IMG/VR virus record: IMGVR_UViG_3300036770_007242
DNA: 64,000 nt
From: an uncultured virus (IMG/VR IMGVR_UViG_3300036770_007242)
Taxonomy: Duplodnaviria > Heunggongvirae > Uroviricota > Caudoviricetes
Strand: one strand, 5' to 3'
The notes under the pieces: model-generated
Seen by the model: only the letters and a program-made list of their open reading frames with translations
What the model was told of the DNA's origin: nothing
Databases searched by the model: none
Program-made: the position numbers and the translations under genes
Part shown: positions 19,625 through 29,263 of the stretch, in pieces
Numbering within the stretch: position 1 is the stretch's first letter
Layout of the letters: every line of letters begins with the position of its first letter

Positions 19625-20548
19625 ATGGAACTAATCTTTCATGATAAAGGCAATGAAGGTGGTATATACAAGATTCTAAATCTACAAAATGGTAGGATTT
19701 ATATCGGGTCTACATATCGTTTTAAGGATAGAGCAAGGGGACATAAAACTGAACTAGAAGCTGGAAGGCACCTAAATAAGTTTTTGCAAAATGATTATAA
19801 CAAGTGTGGATCTGAGGTTTTCTTATTTGAAGTTATTGAGACTGTGATGGGTGATAGGAAAACCAGAGTCGAGCGAGAGCAGTTTCATATCGATCAATGG
19901 TATGATAATCAAAAGAACTGCTACAACTTAGTTCCATATGCAATGGATAGTCGTGGTGGTTCACGCAATAAGAAACAAATCGATCCATTAACGGATGGAC
20001 GATGTAAACCATTTAATGAGGAGCGTCGTGCAAAACACACAGCCAAGTTAAAAGAAGTGTGGCAAACTCCCGAACTAAAAGAACAATCCAGACAAAATGC
20101 ATATAAGCAATGGCAAGAACAATCTCAGAACAACATAACTGTAACCAACAAAGAGACTGGTGAAAAGGTTGTTATAAGCGGTTCTGTTCGACAGTTTTGT
20201 TTGGATAGAGGATTAAGCTATAAAGCTTTTCATCAGCTAGTAAAAGGCAAACTAAAGAGTTCTGGAGGGTGGTTTGTAGGAGAACAAGAACCAGAATACA
20301 CTAGTAAAAAAGGACAAGTTAGAAAACCTTTAAGTAAAGAGCATAAAGAAAAGATAAGCGGTGGCAAATACGTAGGATTAAAACTTGTTAACCATGAAGG
20401 TTTAGAGATTGTATTAACTTCAAATGTCAAGCAACAATGTAAAGACTTAGGCTTGCCATATTCAACGTTGATCAAGGTTTTAAACGGAAAGTGTAAATCT
20501 GTGTTTGGATATGCTCTAGCAATAGTGACCTCTCTTGATATGGGGTAA
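19625..20548 (+). mobile_element. free-standing GIY-YIG homing endonuclease gene
   Basis: GIYKILN...YIGS, R, E, YN catalytic pattern, NUMOD-like repeats. Last 9 codons resemble the MCP C-terminus. Confidence 0.9.
20519..20548 (+). pseudogene. relic copy of the MCP 3' end
   Basis: AIVTSLDMG versus MCP ATVTCLDMS. GTGACCTCTCTTGATATG versus GTGACCTGCCTCGATATG (15/18). Confidence 0.75.
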
Positions 20549-20576
20549 ATACCCTGTGCAAGTGACTAGATAAAAG

Positions 20577-20610
20577 GAAGGGCAGCTCAAAAGGCTGCCC
20601 TTCTGCTTTT
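20577..20610 (+). terminator. intrinsic terminator homologous to the MCP terminator
   Basis: GAAGGGCAGC-TCAAAAG-GCTGCCCTTC followed by TGCTTTT. Confidence 0.8.
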
Positions 20611-20640
20611 GTACTATTTACATCTTGGAGATATATCAAG

Positions 20641-20988
20641 ATGCTTACACGCCTTTATAAAGCCATTAAGGAAGCCGTTAAAGGTAAACCACTAAAGCTA
20701 CGATCACCTCGTTGGGATGATGTTCGTAAAATCCATTTAAAATCGTTTCCAACGTGTGCAGCTTGTGGTTCAGAAACCAATCTGCAAGTTCACCACATAA
20801 AGCCATTTCATTTATATCCAGAACTTGAACTTGATGAAGAAAATCTTATAACGTTATGTGAAACAAAAACTCACAGGTGTCATTTTAAGATTGGTCATTT
20901 AAACAATTGGAAAAAAGAAAATCCAAATGTTATAGAAGACTCGGTAAAGTATTTAGAACGAGAAAAAGAAAACGCTCTAGCAGTATAA
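20641..20988 (+). CDS. small HNH endonuclease
   Basis: CAACG...VHHIKP...NLITLC....CH. Confidence 0.85.
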   Translation: MLTRLYKAIKEAVKGKPLKLRSPRWDDVRKIHLKSFPTCAACGSETNLQVHHIKPFHLYPELELDEENLITLCETKTHRCHFKIGHLNNWKKENPNVIEDSVKYLEREKENALAV

Positions 20989-21000
20989 CCACTAGAGCGT
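20972..21000. terminator. hairpin between convergent genes
   Basis: ACGCTCTAG...CTAGAGCGT. Confidence 0.5.
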
Positions 21001-21025
21001 GATTGGTTTCTAAAATTGGTTTAAA

Positions 21026-21346
21026 TCAAGCTGATTTTTTCTTTGAAGAAGTAGTTGCTGGAGGTGGTTCTGTTGCAGCTACAGGATCAACCACTGCTGC
21101 TACTTGTTCTGACTTAAGTGATTCAAGAGCAGATGCAAGTTCTTTAACAGAAGCTTGTAGGTTTTGTGCTTGTAGTGCTTGCACTTGTGTTTGCAGAGCA
21201 AGAACAACATCTTCAAGTGCTTTGATTTTTTGCTCTACGGCAGATAGATCAACTGATGACAAGCCTTCTGCTGTTAGTTCTCCAACGATTCTGATTGCCT
21301 GTTTACCACCAGAACCTGCATATGTACCGTCTAATACTGCTTTCAT
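21026..21346 (-). CDS. hypothetical coiled-coil protein
   Basis: 106 aa with AAGGAG RBS. Confidence 0.7.
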   Translation of the reverse strand: MKAVLDGTYAGSGGKQAIRIVGELTAEGLSSVDLSAVEQKIKALEDVVLALQTQVQALQAQNLQASVKELASALESLKSEQVAAVVDPVAATEPPPATTSSKKKSA

Positions 21347-21464
21347 TTTACGTTTCTCCTTTTAGTGCTAACGCTTGATTATATGTATCAAGCAAGAATC
21401 ATTGTTTAAAACATTACCTAGAATGACATTGTTATAACTATTTAGGAAGCAAAGGTATTAAATT

Positions 21465-24218
21465 ATGCTAAATGAGAGTGGCAATATTTTTAAGGACAAG
21501 AAAACAGGGGAAGTTTTCACAAAGAGAATCAACAGGGAAGATGTTGAGCCTACTCTTCGTTGGTTAGAAGGCAAACTTGGTCTTGATCTTGTCAGCAACA
21601 CTCTTGGAACAACGGGAAGAAAAGCAACAAGTGGTGATCTTGATATTGCAGTAGATGAAGAGACAATATCAAAAGAAGAACTAATGTCAAAGTTATTGGG
21701 TATTGAAGGAGCTACAAAAGATGACGTTAAAAAAGGTGGAATCAACGTACACTTCAAAACACCTATAAATGGAGATTCTGCAAATGGTTTTGTTCAAACA
21801 GACTTTATGTTTGGGAAACCAAGCTGGTTAAAGTTTTCAATGCAAGGTGGAGTTGAAAACTCAGAGTATTCTGGGAAGCATAAGCATGTTTTACTTGCAA
21901 GCATTGCAAAAGCAACAAAACCCTCAGAATTCCCAGAAGGGCTTAAGTGGTCATACACAGAAGGACTTGTTGATCGAGCATCAAACGAATCGATATCAAA
22001 AAACCCAAAAGAAATTGCAAAGATTCTTCTTGGTAAAAGTTTTGATGAATCTGATCTTTCAAACGTTGAAACTATTGTAAGTGCTATAAGGGACCGTAGT
22101 GATTTTGATGAACTTGTTCGAGATGCAAATGAAACTTTTGCAACGAATAAATCTTTTGCTGCCCCACCTATAACAAAGCTATTAAAAGAGGCTTTGGAAG
22201 CAAGAATACAGCATCCAGAAGACATGGTTTACTGGGAAGGTTCTGAAGGTGCTCAGAAGGCCGTAAACGGTTTATTAGAGCTTGCAGAAAATGCAACCAG
22301 CACAACTACTATCAAGTGGGATGGATCGCCTGCAATCGTATTTGGAGTGGATAAAGAAGGTAAATTTATTCTAACAGACAAAGGTGGATTTACCGTTAAA
22401 AGTTACAAGGGAAGAACAGAGTCTCCAGAAGAACTTGAAAGTATGATAAAAGCTCGTGGAGAAAAGCAAGGAAAAGATTATTCTCAATTTGCTTCAGACA
22501 TGAGAAACATATTTGTTCCATTTAAGCAAGCACTCAAAGAAATAAACAAGCAACCCGACGAAGGAGTATTCTTCAAAGGTGATTTGCTTTATATGAGCAA
22601 ACCAAAGATTGTTGGAAAAGAGTATGAGTTTAAGCCAAACGTTGTTACATACAAAGTTCCTGTTAAAACAGAACTCGGTGAAAAAATAAACCAAAGCAAC
22701 GTTGGAGTTGTTCTTCATGGAATCATAAGAGAAGATTCAAAAGGAAACGTAGTAGAAGAATCTCTTGAAGAGCTAACAGGTTACTTTAATGGCAATTTAT
22801 CTTCTGGAGGATTGCTTGCTGGAACATTGTTAATCTTTTCTCCAGTGTTTGTTAATGAAACTCCAAAGTTTGAAATGGACATGGTTGAGCAAGCAGAAAA
22901 ACTTCAGTCAAAAGTTGAAGCTAGCGCAGCAAAAATTGATTCAATCTTTCAAGAACAAGAATTAACAGAAAAAAAGATTAAAGATTTACCAGACGTTCTT
23001 TATTCTTATGCAAATGCATCAGCAGGAAAATTTTCTTCAATTTCTGCTGATGACTTTTCTAACTGGATTAAAAGTAATCCAAAACTTTCAAAACAAAAAG
23101 TCAGTAATTTATTGACTTATGTAAGTGAAAAGTCAAGTGAATTTACAAGACTATTTGAGATTGTTAAAAGTATCGAAGAATTGAAAAACAAAATTGTTTC
23201 ACAATTCGACGAGCAGAACACAGCAGTTAAATCTTTTATTGGTGATTCTGCTGGTGGTGAAGGTTATGTCACTAAAAGCTCTCATGGACTTTTTAAACTG
23301 GTCAGAAGAGGCGGAGGATTTTCAGTGGCTCATGCAAAACAATATGTAAAAGAAGCAGTAAAAGTCACAAAAATTGGATATTATCCAGGGTCTTTCAAGC
23401 CTTTTCATCGTGGACACTATGAAAGTATTTTGGCTGCAAAAGACAAAGTTAATGAATTGAATGTTATTGCATCAGCAAGTGATAGAGTTCGTCCAGGCGA
23501 GTTTCCTTTAAGTGGTCAAGCCTCAAAAGAATATCTTGAGAAATATATCAAACCAGCACTTCAAGAAAAAGGTATTAACCTCATTGTTTCTACTGGCTCT
23601 CCAGTATCAGATGTTTATAACTTAGCAAAAGAGCAAGCAAATAAAAATGCTTATGTTTACTTGTTTGCTGGACCAGATGATTTAGAAAGATTTAGTCCAG
23701 AATCCATAAAGAAAAATTTTCCAGAATTATCTGAAAAGAGAAGAATAAAGGTTGAACCAACAACTGTCATTATGGGTGGTGATGGTGAAGAGCGTATTTC
23801 TGGAACAGCTACAAGACAAGCTTTAGAAAACGATGATATTAACGGTTTCAAAGCATTGCTTCCAAACATTCCTGCTGTGCAAAAAGATGCAAAAAAGATT
23901 ATGTTGATGTTTAAAAAAGCTGGTGAAAAAATCGCTGAAGAGAAGGCAGCAAAAGAAGCGGCAAAGAAAACAAAAACAGTCAAGAAAAAAACTGCAAAAG
24001 AATCTGTGCTGTATGAATGCATTATGTTATTGGTAAAAGAGCAAATTATTCTGGAAAAGAAAAAGCGCAAGGGCAAGATTCATTTTCCAAAGAAGATAGA
24101 AAAGATTATCAAAACAGAACTCAAGCCACGTTACGGTGACAATGATGCTGCGATATATGGAACAGCAACAAAAATTATGAAAGCTATGGGTTTAAAGAAA
24201 ACTAGTAAAAAAGACTGA
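21465..24218 (+). CDS. multidomain nucleotidyltransferase: Pol-beta-like NTase + KxDG ligase-like (DUF6267-like) + HxGH cytidylyltransferase-like
   Basis: LGTTG....GDLDI and VQTD. TIKWDGSPA, GDL, GEGYV, FKLV. YPGSFKPFHRGH and ISGT..R. Confidence 0.7.
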   Translation: MLNESGNIFKDKKTGEVFTKRINREDVEPTLRWLEGKLGLDLVSNTLGTTGRKATSGDLDIAVDEETISKEELMSKLLGIEGATKDDVKKGGINVHFKTPINGDSANGFVQTDFMFGKPSWLKFSMQGGVENSEYSGKHKHVLLASIAKATKPSEFPEGLKWSYTEGLVDRASNESISKNPKEIAKILLGKSFDESDLSNVETIVSAIRDRSDFDELVRDANETFATNKSFAAPPITKLLKEALEARIQHPEDMVYWEGSEGAQKAVNGLLELAENATSTTTIKWDGSPAIVFGVDKEGKFILTDKGGFTVKSYKGRTESPEELESMIKARGEKQGKDYSQFASDMRNIFVPFKQALKEINKQPDEGVFFKGDLLYMSKPKIVGKEYEFKPNVVTYKVPVKTELGEKINQSNVGVVLHGIIREDSKGNVVEESLEELTGYFNGNLSSGGLLAGTLLIFSPVFVNETPKFEMDMVEQAEKLQSKVEASAAKIDSIFQEQELTEKKIKDLPDVLYSYANASAGKFSSISADDFSNWIKSNPKLSKQKVSNLLTYVSEKSSEFTRLFEIVKSIEELKNKIVSQFDEQNTAVKSFIGDSAGGEGYVTKSSHGLFKLVRRGGGFSVAHAKQYVKEAVKVTKIGYYPGSFKPFHRGHYESILAAKDKVNELNVIASASDRVRPGEFPLSGQASKEYLEKYIKPALQEKGINLIVSTGSPVSDVYNLAKEQANKNAYVYLFAGPDDLERFSPESIKKNFPELSEKRRIKVEPTTVIMGGDGEERISGTATRQALENDDINGFKALLPNIPAVQKDAKKIMLMFKKAGEKIAEEKAAKEAAKKTKTVKKKTAKESVLYECIMLLVKEQIILEKKKRKGKIHFPKKIEKIIKTELKPRYGDNDAAIYGTATKIMKAMGLKKTSKKD

Positions 24219-24286
24219 ATGCTTGGATTTTTGAAGGTTGGGTGTATTTATAGGCATGGCGTAATATTGCCGAAGGAGATTTAATC

Positions 24287-24496
24287 ATGAGAGTAACTGT
24301 AAAACAACTAAAAGCATTGATTCGTGAAGCTGCTGAAGAAGCAATGCAAGAAATGCAAGACGTTGGTGAAGGTGATCATATGGAAGAAGCTGCTAAAGAA
24401 GAAGAAGCAGCTCTTCATGAAGCCGTTACCAAGGCATTCCGTGCAGGCTATCAACGTGGTGTTAAAGCAGCCACAACTCGCAAAGCAACTCGCTGA
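24287..24496 (+). CDS. small acidic protein, probable internal head protein
   Basis: MRVTVKQLKALIREAAEE, AAGGAG RBS. Confidence 0.7.
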   Translation: MRVTVKQLKALIREAAEEAMQEMQDVGEGDHMEEAAKEEEAALHEAVTKAFRAGYQRGVKAATTRKATR

Positions 24497-24520
24497 ATCA
24501 ATCAATAATCAGAGTAAAAG

Positions 24521-24559
24521 CAAAGGGCTTGCATGATGTAAAAATCTGCAAGCCCTTTG
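24521..24559. terminator. bidirectional terminator hairpin
   Basis: CAAAGGGCTTGCA...TGCAAGCCCTTTG between convergent genes. Confidence 0.75.
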
Positions 24560-24565
24560 TGTTTA

Positions 24566-25228
24566 TCAATGTGCTTTAATCAGTCTAGAACGAATTCTTA
24601 AATCATTACCAAACTTTGACATAAGTTCTTCATCATTGTTTAAGTTGTTAACAGCTTTAACGTTTAAAGGGCTATCATCAAAGAACTCGATATGAGGAAT
24701 GTTACGAGATAGCATGGCATCTTTTATCCAGTTGCTTTTAAGTTCTGGAGCAGAGCCATTTAGTGTTATAACCGGAATGTTGATATCAAATGAACTAAGA
24801 AAATCAGATATGTTTTTATTTGCATCATGACCTCTTGCTGTTAGGATAACAGCTGGATATGAGGATTCTTCTCTTAGTTTTGTTACAACATTTCGAAGTA
24901 TGTCAAATGTAAAGTCAATAATCTTTGGATTAACAACTTCTGCAAACTCACGATAATCGTATTTGAATTCTTTTTCTGGGTGTTTTGCTTCCACATCAAC
25001 TTTAAATGTAGCATATTCAGCTGGAGTGATGGCATATTCGTCATCTAGCTGTTCTCCAGAATCTTTATCAAACTCGGTTACCCAAACTCTTGAGTTTGTT
25101 TTTGCTAGTGTATCGTCAAAGTCAAACACACGCAAAGTTTTAGCTCCCGTTCGTTTTGAAACAACTCCCAAATCTTTAAGCTCTTCAACGATTAATATTT
25201 TGAGAGCGTTATATAGAATACGTTTCAT
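24566..25228 (-). CDS. HAD-family phosphatase
   Basis: VFDFDDTL, ILTARG, K, FFDDS..N motifs. Confidence 0.85.
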   Translation of the reverse strand: MKRILYNALKILIVEELKDLGVVSKRTGAKTLRVFDFDDTLAKTNSRVWVTEFDKDSGEQLDDEYAITPAEYATFKVDVEAKHPEKEFKYDYREFAEVVNPKIIDFTFDILRNVVTKLREESSYPAVILTARGHDANKNISDFLSSFDINIPVITLNGSAPELKSNWIKDAMLSRNIPHIEFFDDSPLNVKAVNNLNNDEELMSKFGNDLRIRSRLIKAH

Positions 25229-25252
25229 TGGAAGCTCCGTATTTATAGATAT

Positions 25253-26509
25253 ATGAGCACATTCAATACAACTTTAAAACCTACTTCGTTTGGTTTCTAT
25301 GACAAATACCAACTGTTCCAGCAAGACGCTGACAACATGATTACTTTTGTTCTTAGATTTCTTGGTGAAGATGTTTTATCCGTTGAACTAACAAAACGTC
25401 AAATTTGGGATAACTTTGAACAAGCCACTCGTGAGTTTAACGGAAAAATGATTGAATATCAAAACGTATCCAATCTTTCTAACCTTCTTGGTTCTCCAAC
25501 AGGCAGTATTGATGCTAACGGTAATCCTTCTATTAACGTCACAGATATGTATGTGCAGCCAAACTTAGAGTATCTATTAACTCTAGCCGCACCATACGCA
25601 GGTGTTGTTGGTTATTCTCAAGACGAACAGACATATCTCGGTTATATCACAATGGTTAATACCAAACAAGAATATGACCTTTATACAGACCTTGTTGACA
25701 AAGATGGCACGCCAATATGGAATCTACAACCAAGTGGTTCTGTTGGTTCTATGCAAGTTGTTGAAGTATTCCATAATGCTCCTGTCCAATACGTGTTCAA
25801 CTCTAACCTTGCTAGCAACTTCGTTGCAACAGGGTTACCTGTAGAGTCTTATATTCCAGACACACGCTTTTATGTTCTTCCATTGTTTGAAGACGTATTA
25901 AGAGCAGGCATGTTGGAAGCAGCACAAAGAGTTCGTAGATCACATTATAGCTACAAGATTTCTGGCCGCAGCATAAGAATATATCCAACACCAAACAGTC
26001 TTGTTCCCGGTTACAACAATCGTGTTTGGATTCGTGTTAGATTCTCAAGACAACCTTTTCCAACACTAGCAAGCACTATTGTTAACAGTGGCTCTGCTTA
26101 TTCTCCTGTTGGTTCTGGTTCTGCTGGAGCATATGAACAAGATAAGATTTATGGTGTTAACGGTCCATTCACTGCACCTTTTGGACCATTGAACTATAAC
26201 AGCTTAAATATGTGGTGTAGAAACTGGATTGCACAGATGACTCTTGCTCTTTGCACTATCCAGCTTGGACGTATCAGAAGCAAGTTTAAGAGTATGCCTA
26301 TTCCTGGTGCTGATCTTTCTCTTAACGGCGACGATCTTGTCTCTCAAGGCAAAGAAGACAAAGAAAAGCTTATGACTTCTCTCAAGGAAACTTTGGACAA
26401 CTTGACTTATGACAAAATTGCAGAACGTGAAGCAGCCAAAGCAGAAAATACTGTAAAACAACTTGCTTATATCCCGATGCCACCTAAGTACGCAATTGGT
26501 ATATTTTAG
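25253..26509 (+). CDS. neck protein (T4 gp13-like)
   Basis: LG....VELT..Q near the N-terminus, LG.IRSKF..MPIPG...LNG near the C-terminus, synteny. Confidence 0.8.
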   Translation: MSTFNTTLKPTSFGFYDKYQLFQQDADNMITFVLRFLGEDVLSVELTKRQIWDNFEQATREFNGKMIEYQNVSNLSNLLGSPTGSIDANGNPSINVTDMYVQPNLEYLLTLAAPYAGVVGYSQDEQTYLGYITMVNTKQEYDLYTDLVDKDGTPIWNLQPSGSVGSMQVVEVFHNAPVQYVFNSNLASNFVATGLPVESYIPDTRFYVLPLFEDVLRAGMLEAAQRVRRSHYSYKISGRSIRIYPTPNSLVPGYNNRVWIRVRFSRQPFPTLASTIVNSGSAYSPVGSGSAGAYEQDKIYGVNGPFTAPFGPLNYNSLNMWCRNWIAQMTLALCTIQLGRIRSKFKSMPIPGADLSLNGDDLVSQGKEDKEKLMTSLKETLDNLTYDKIAEREAAKAENTVKQLAYIPMPPKYAIGIF

Positions 26510-26556
26510 TTTGTAAAACGTCCCCTCTCTACTCTATATAACCTCTATTTAACAGC

Positions 26557-27429
26557 ATGACAACAATAGCAACACAACTAGCCACAAAGCTTGTTAATGA
26601 GACTTTAAAAGAACTTTACATTAACGTAGATCATTCTTTTCAAGATATTATTCGTGTGACATATCGTTACAAAGACGAGCCACAAGAAAAAGATGTTAGT
26701 TTGACTTCAGCTATGGAACACGACAGAACCAAACCAGCTGAAGGTGAAAAAATATACGGCGAAGTGTATGCAAAGCTAGCTTCGTCCAGCCCAGACAAAG
26801 CAAAGGGACCATGTAATGATTCATATGTTGTTGAGCTTGCAGTTGTAAATCAACCCGGTGGTGGTTGGGGCAGACTTCTTTACTACATAGCAATGCATTA
26901 TGCTGGTGAAAATGGTTTGATATCAGACAGAGTTCGAAGTTCATCTAATGCCGTTGCAACATGGAACAAACTATGGAATGATTCAGAGATTAAAAAAAAG
27001 CTTCTTGATGATTTTTACGATCCAAAAACTCCAGATGAAAAAGATGATTGCAATCTAGCATCTTCTGGGAAATATTCTACTGAAGATTCCAACAAAGAGA
27101 AAGCAAAGTTTTCAAAGAGTGCTCATAACTGGAATTATTTTTTAGGAGGCCATAGAAAAGAAACCAAAGGCGAATATGAAGAATTAAGTGATCCAAATCC
27201 AGAACGTGCCAAAGAGTATAAAGAACAAAAAGCTAACAAACTGAATTATACATACATTTCTGAGTCTAGAGAAGCAATTAGTATTTTAGCAGATGCTGGA
27301 AGGTTGGCTTATAATGGCAAGTTTTCACCAAAAAAAACAACCACTATCTCTTCTATCAATCGTCCTGCTACTCCAAGACCTATAGAAGAAAACCATGTGT
27401 TTCTTTATGACATCTTGTTTGGAGATTAA
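26557..27429 (+). CDS. hypothetical protein with GNAT-like motif
   Basis: VVELAVV..GGGWGRLLY..SDR..S..A...W. Confidence 0.5.
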   Translation: MTTIATQLATKLVNETLKELYINVDHSFQDIIRVTYRYKDEPQEKDVSLTSAMEHDRTKPAEGEKIYGEVYAKLASSSPDKAKGPCNDSYVVELAVVNQPGGGWGRLLYYIAMHYAGENGLISDRVRSSSNAVATWNKLWNDSEIKKKLLDDFYDPKTPDEKDDCNLASSGKYSTEDSNKEKAKFSKSAHNWNYFLGGHRKETKGEYEELSDPNPERAKEYKEQKANKLNYTYISESREAISILADAGRLAYNGKFSPKKTTTISSINRPATPRPIEENHVFLYDILFGD

Positions 27430-27431
27430 CC

Positions 27432-27521
27432 ATGGCAAGATTATTCATAGGATTGAGAGAAGTCCAGTTTATTAATGATCTTGCAACTTCCAACCTTTGT
27501 GCGATTTGTTTTTGCCGCTGA
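27432..27521 (+). pseudogene. orphaned 5' stub of the gp14-like gene
   Basis: GGAG RBS, then MARLFIGLREVQFINDLA (identical to the first 18 aa of 28525), then an out-of-context tail and TGA. Confidence 0.92.
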
Positions 27522-28359
27522 TTACATTTCTTAGATGAGTGGGATGTAGGGCATGTAGTTTGCAAAAGGCACTGAGACATACAATTTGCCTATATATTTC
27601 GCCAGTATTAGAAACTAGAGGTCTATCAGATAAGTCGTATATTTTGGCATTGTGGTTATCCATTCCGCTACACTTACCTTTTCTATTTTGTTTCATTTTA
27701 TTAATTGACTCTTGTTTGTGTTTCATACCATAAGTTGGGCTAAGTTCTCCTGCTTTACCAAATAAAGGATGTTTGTCTCCTGCCAATAATCCTTTATGAG
27801 ACTCAGAGAGTTTTTTTCTAGTTTCTTCCGAGATAGTATGTCCAGTTTGAATATTCCGAAGTTTTTCTTTAAGGGCTTCTCCTTTTTCGGTTTGGTAAAA
27901 CCTCTTCTTTGATTCACTGATATTAATCTTGTCTTCTTTAGTGAAACTATAGTTCCTACCACCGGTTATGACGTTGCAAACTTTGCTGCCATATATGAGT
28001 TTAAATTCATTTATATGAAACTGCTCTCGCTCGCACAACAACTTACCAATTTCAGCTTCGTTTGTGGCCACTGACGTATCAACAACTTCTACAATAGAAA
28101 ATCTCAAAAAATCGACGTTACCAGTTTCTAGGTAATGTTTCTGCACCGAACGTTTGAGTTTTATGTTTGTCCCTGATTTTCTTTGTTTTTGTATTGGTTT
28201 CAAAAGATCATACTTGTAGTTTAACCATCTCTCTCTTATTGTTCTTCTTGTCTGTCCAATGTAAATCTTGCCGGAAATCGTATTTTCGATTTTATAGATC
28301 ACATTCTTGGTTCTTGAATGTTGTGCGCCCCCATATCTGTAATCAAACTGCCATTCCAT
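27472..28359 (-). mobile_element. free-standing GIY-YIG homing endonuclease gene
   Basis: VIYKIEN...IYIGQT, REQFHI, NUMOD3 HTISEETRKKLSES, terminal KSHKGW. Confidence 0.9.
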
Positions 28360-28524
28360 ATTTCATACCTTTTTTTGGATACCCCTATCTTGGAGTTAAC
28401 AATAGATAGTGTGATTGTTTTGGTTTCATTTAGATGTTTTTTATTCCTGTTGACTCTAAAGCTTTTGATAAAATCCTTATAAACAAGCATTTGGCAAAAT
28501 CTAAAAACGAACATATATATTTTC

Positions 28525-29244
28525 ATGGCAAGATTATTCATAGGATTGAGAGAAGTACAGTTTATCAATGATTTGGCCAAGGAGTTCATAAAGGATGTTG
28601 CAGGCCAAACAATAAACTACTTTCCTGTATCTTCCATTAAAAGTTCAGTTCATAAGATATACAACGAAGCTGTTCAAAAGATTTTTGAGAATCCTATATC
28701 GGTTCCTGCTCTTGTAGGAATGCCAGAGTATTCAAGCAAAACAACAAACTTCGGTCCAGATATTGAAGCTAAGATTGAAGTGTTGATTCAATACAAAGAT
28801 TTACAAGATAAAGGTATTGTGTTAAGCGAAGGTGATTTCTTTTCTTATGACGACATTCTTTATGAAATTTTAACGGTTGTCAATGCTGGAAAAAACATCT
28901 TTGGTTTAGCTGAATACAACACAGCATGGAAAATCACAGCTCGCAGTGCAAGACTTAATCAGCTTGACTTGCCAAACCTTCCAAATCCAAGACTTGCTCC
29001 AGATGACATTCAAACTGTTTTTGAGCAACAGCGTGGTTTACCTTTAACAGATGATGGTAAGCAAACCGGAGATGTTCGTGAAATGAGAGAACGTCTTGGT
29101 CAAGACATGGCTCCTATTGCTCTTGGTACTGGTCAGCGCAAAGTTGAACCAAACGTAGGAGAAGAAGGTGATTTTATTGAGGGCAAAACACCAAGCTTTA
29201 ACAACGATCCATTGCCTGCCAAAAAAGGAATATATGATGAATGA
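28525..29244 (+). CDS. neck/head-closure protein (T4 gp14-like)
   Basis: YF......H.IYNE, FG......, EGDFF...YEI. Lies between gp13-like and tail terminator genes. Confidence 0.75.
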   Translation: MARLFIGLREVQFINDLAKEFIKDVAGQTINYFPVSSIKSSVHKIYNEAVQKIFENPISVPALVGMPEYSSKTTNFGPDIEAKIEVLIQYKDLQDKGIVLSEGDFFSYDDILYEILTVVNAGKNIFGLAEYNTAWKITARSARLNQLDLPNLPNPRLAPDDIQTVFEQQRGLPLTDDGKQTGDVREMRERLGQDMAPIALGTGQRKVEPNVGEEGDFIEGKTPSFNNDPLPAKKGIYDE

Positions 29245-29263
29245 TGTTGTCTAGTTATACAAC

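Noticed and set aside
19605..19626. RBS hairpin for the capsid-linked GIY-YIG gene (ATATATC/GATATAT)
   Set aside because: Only 7 AT-rich pairs with the RBS in the loop, too weak to call.
20641..20988. Small HNH genes (also 39275-39595) as further terminus-swapping cassettes
   Set aside because: I found no duplicated gene ends around them, and they lack long DNA-binding extensions.
27432..28578. Group I intron or invertible shufflon explanation for the duplicated neck start
   Set aside because: The repeats are direct, not inverted, and no recombinase is nearby. The nuclease is antisense with little room for a ribozyme core, and the downstream copy is already complete.
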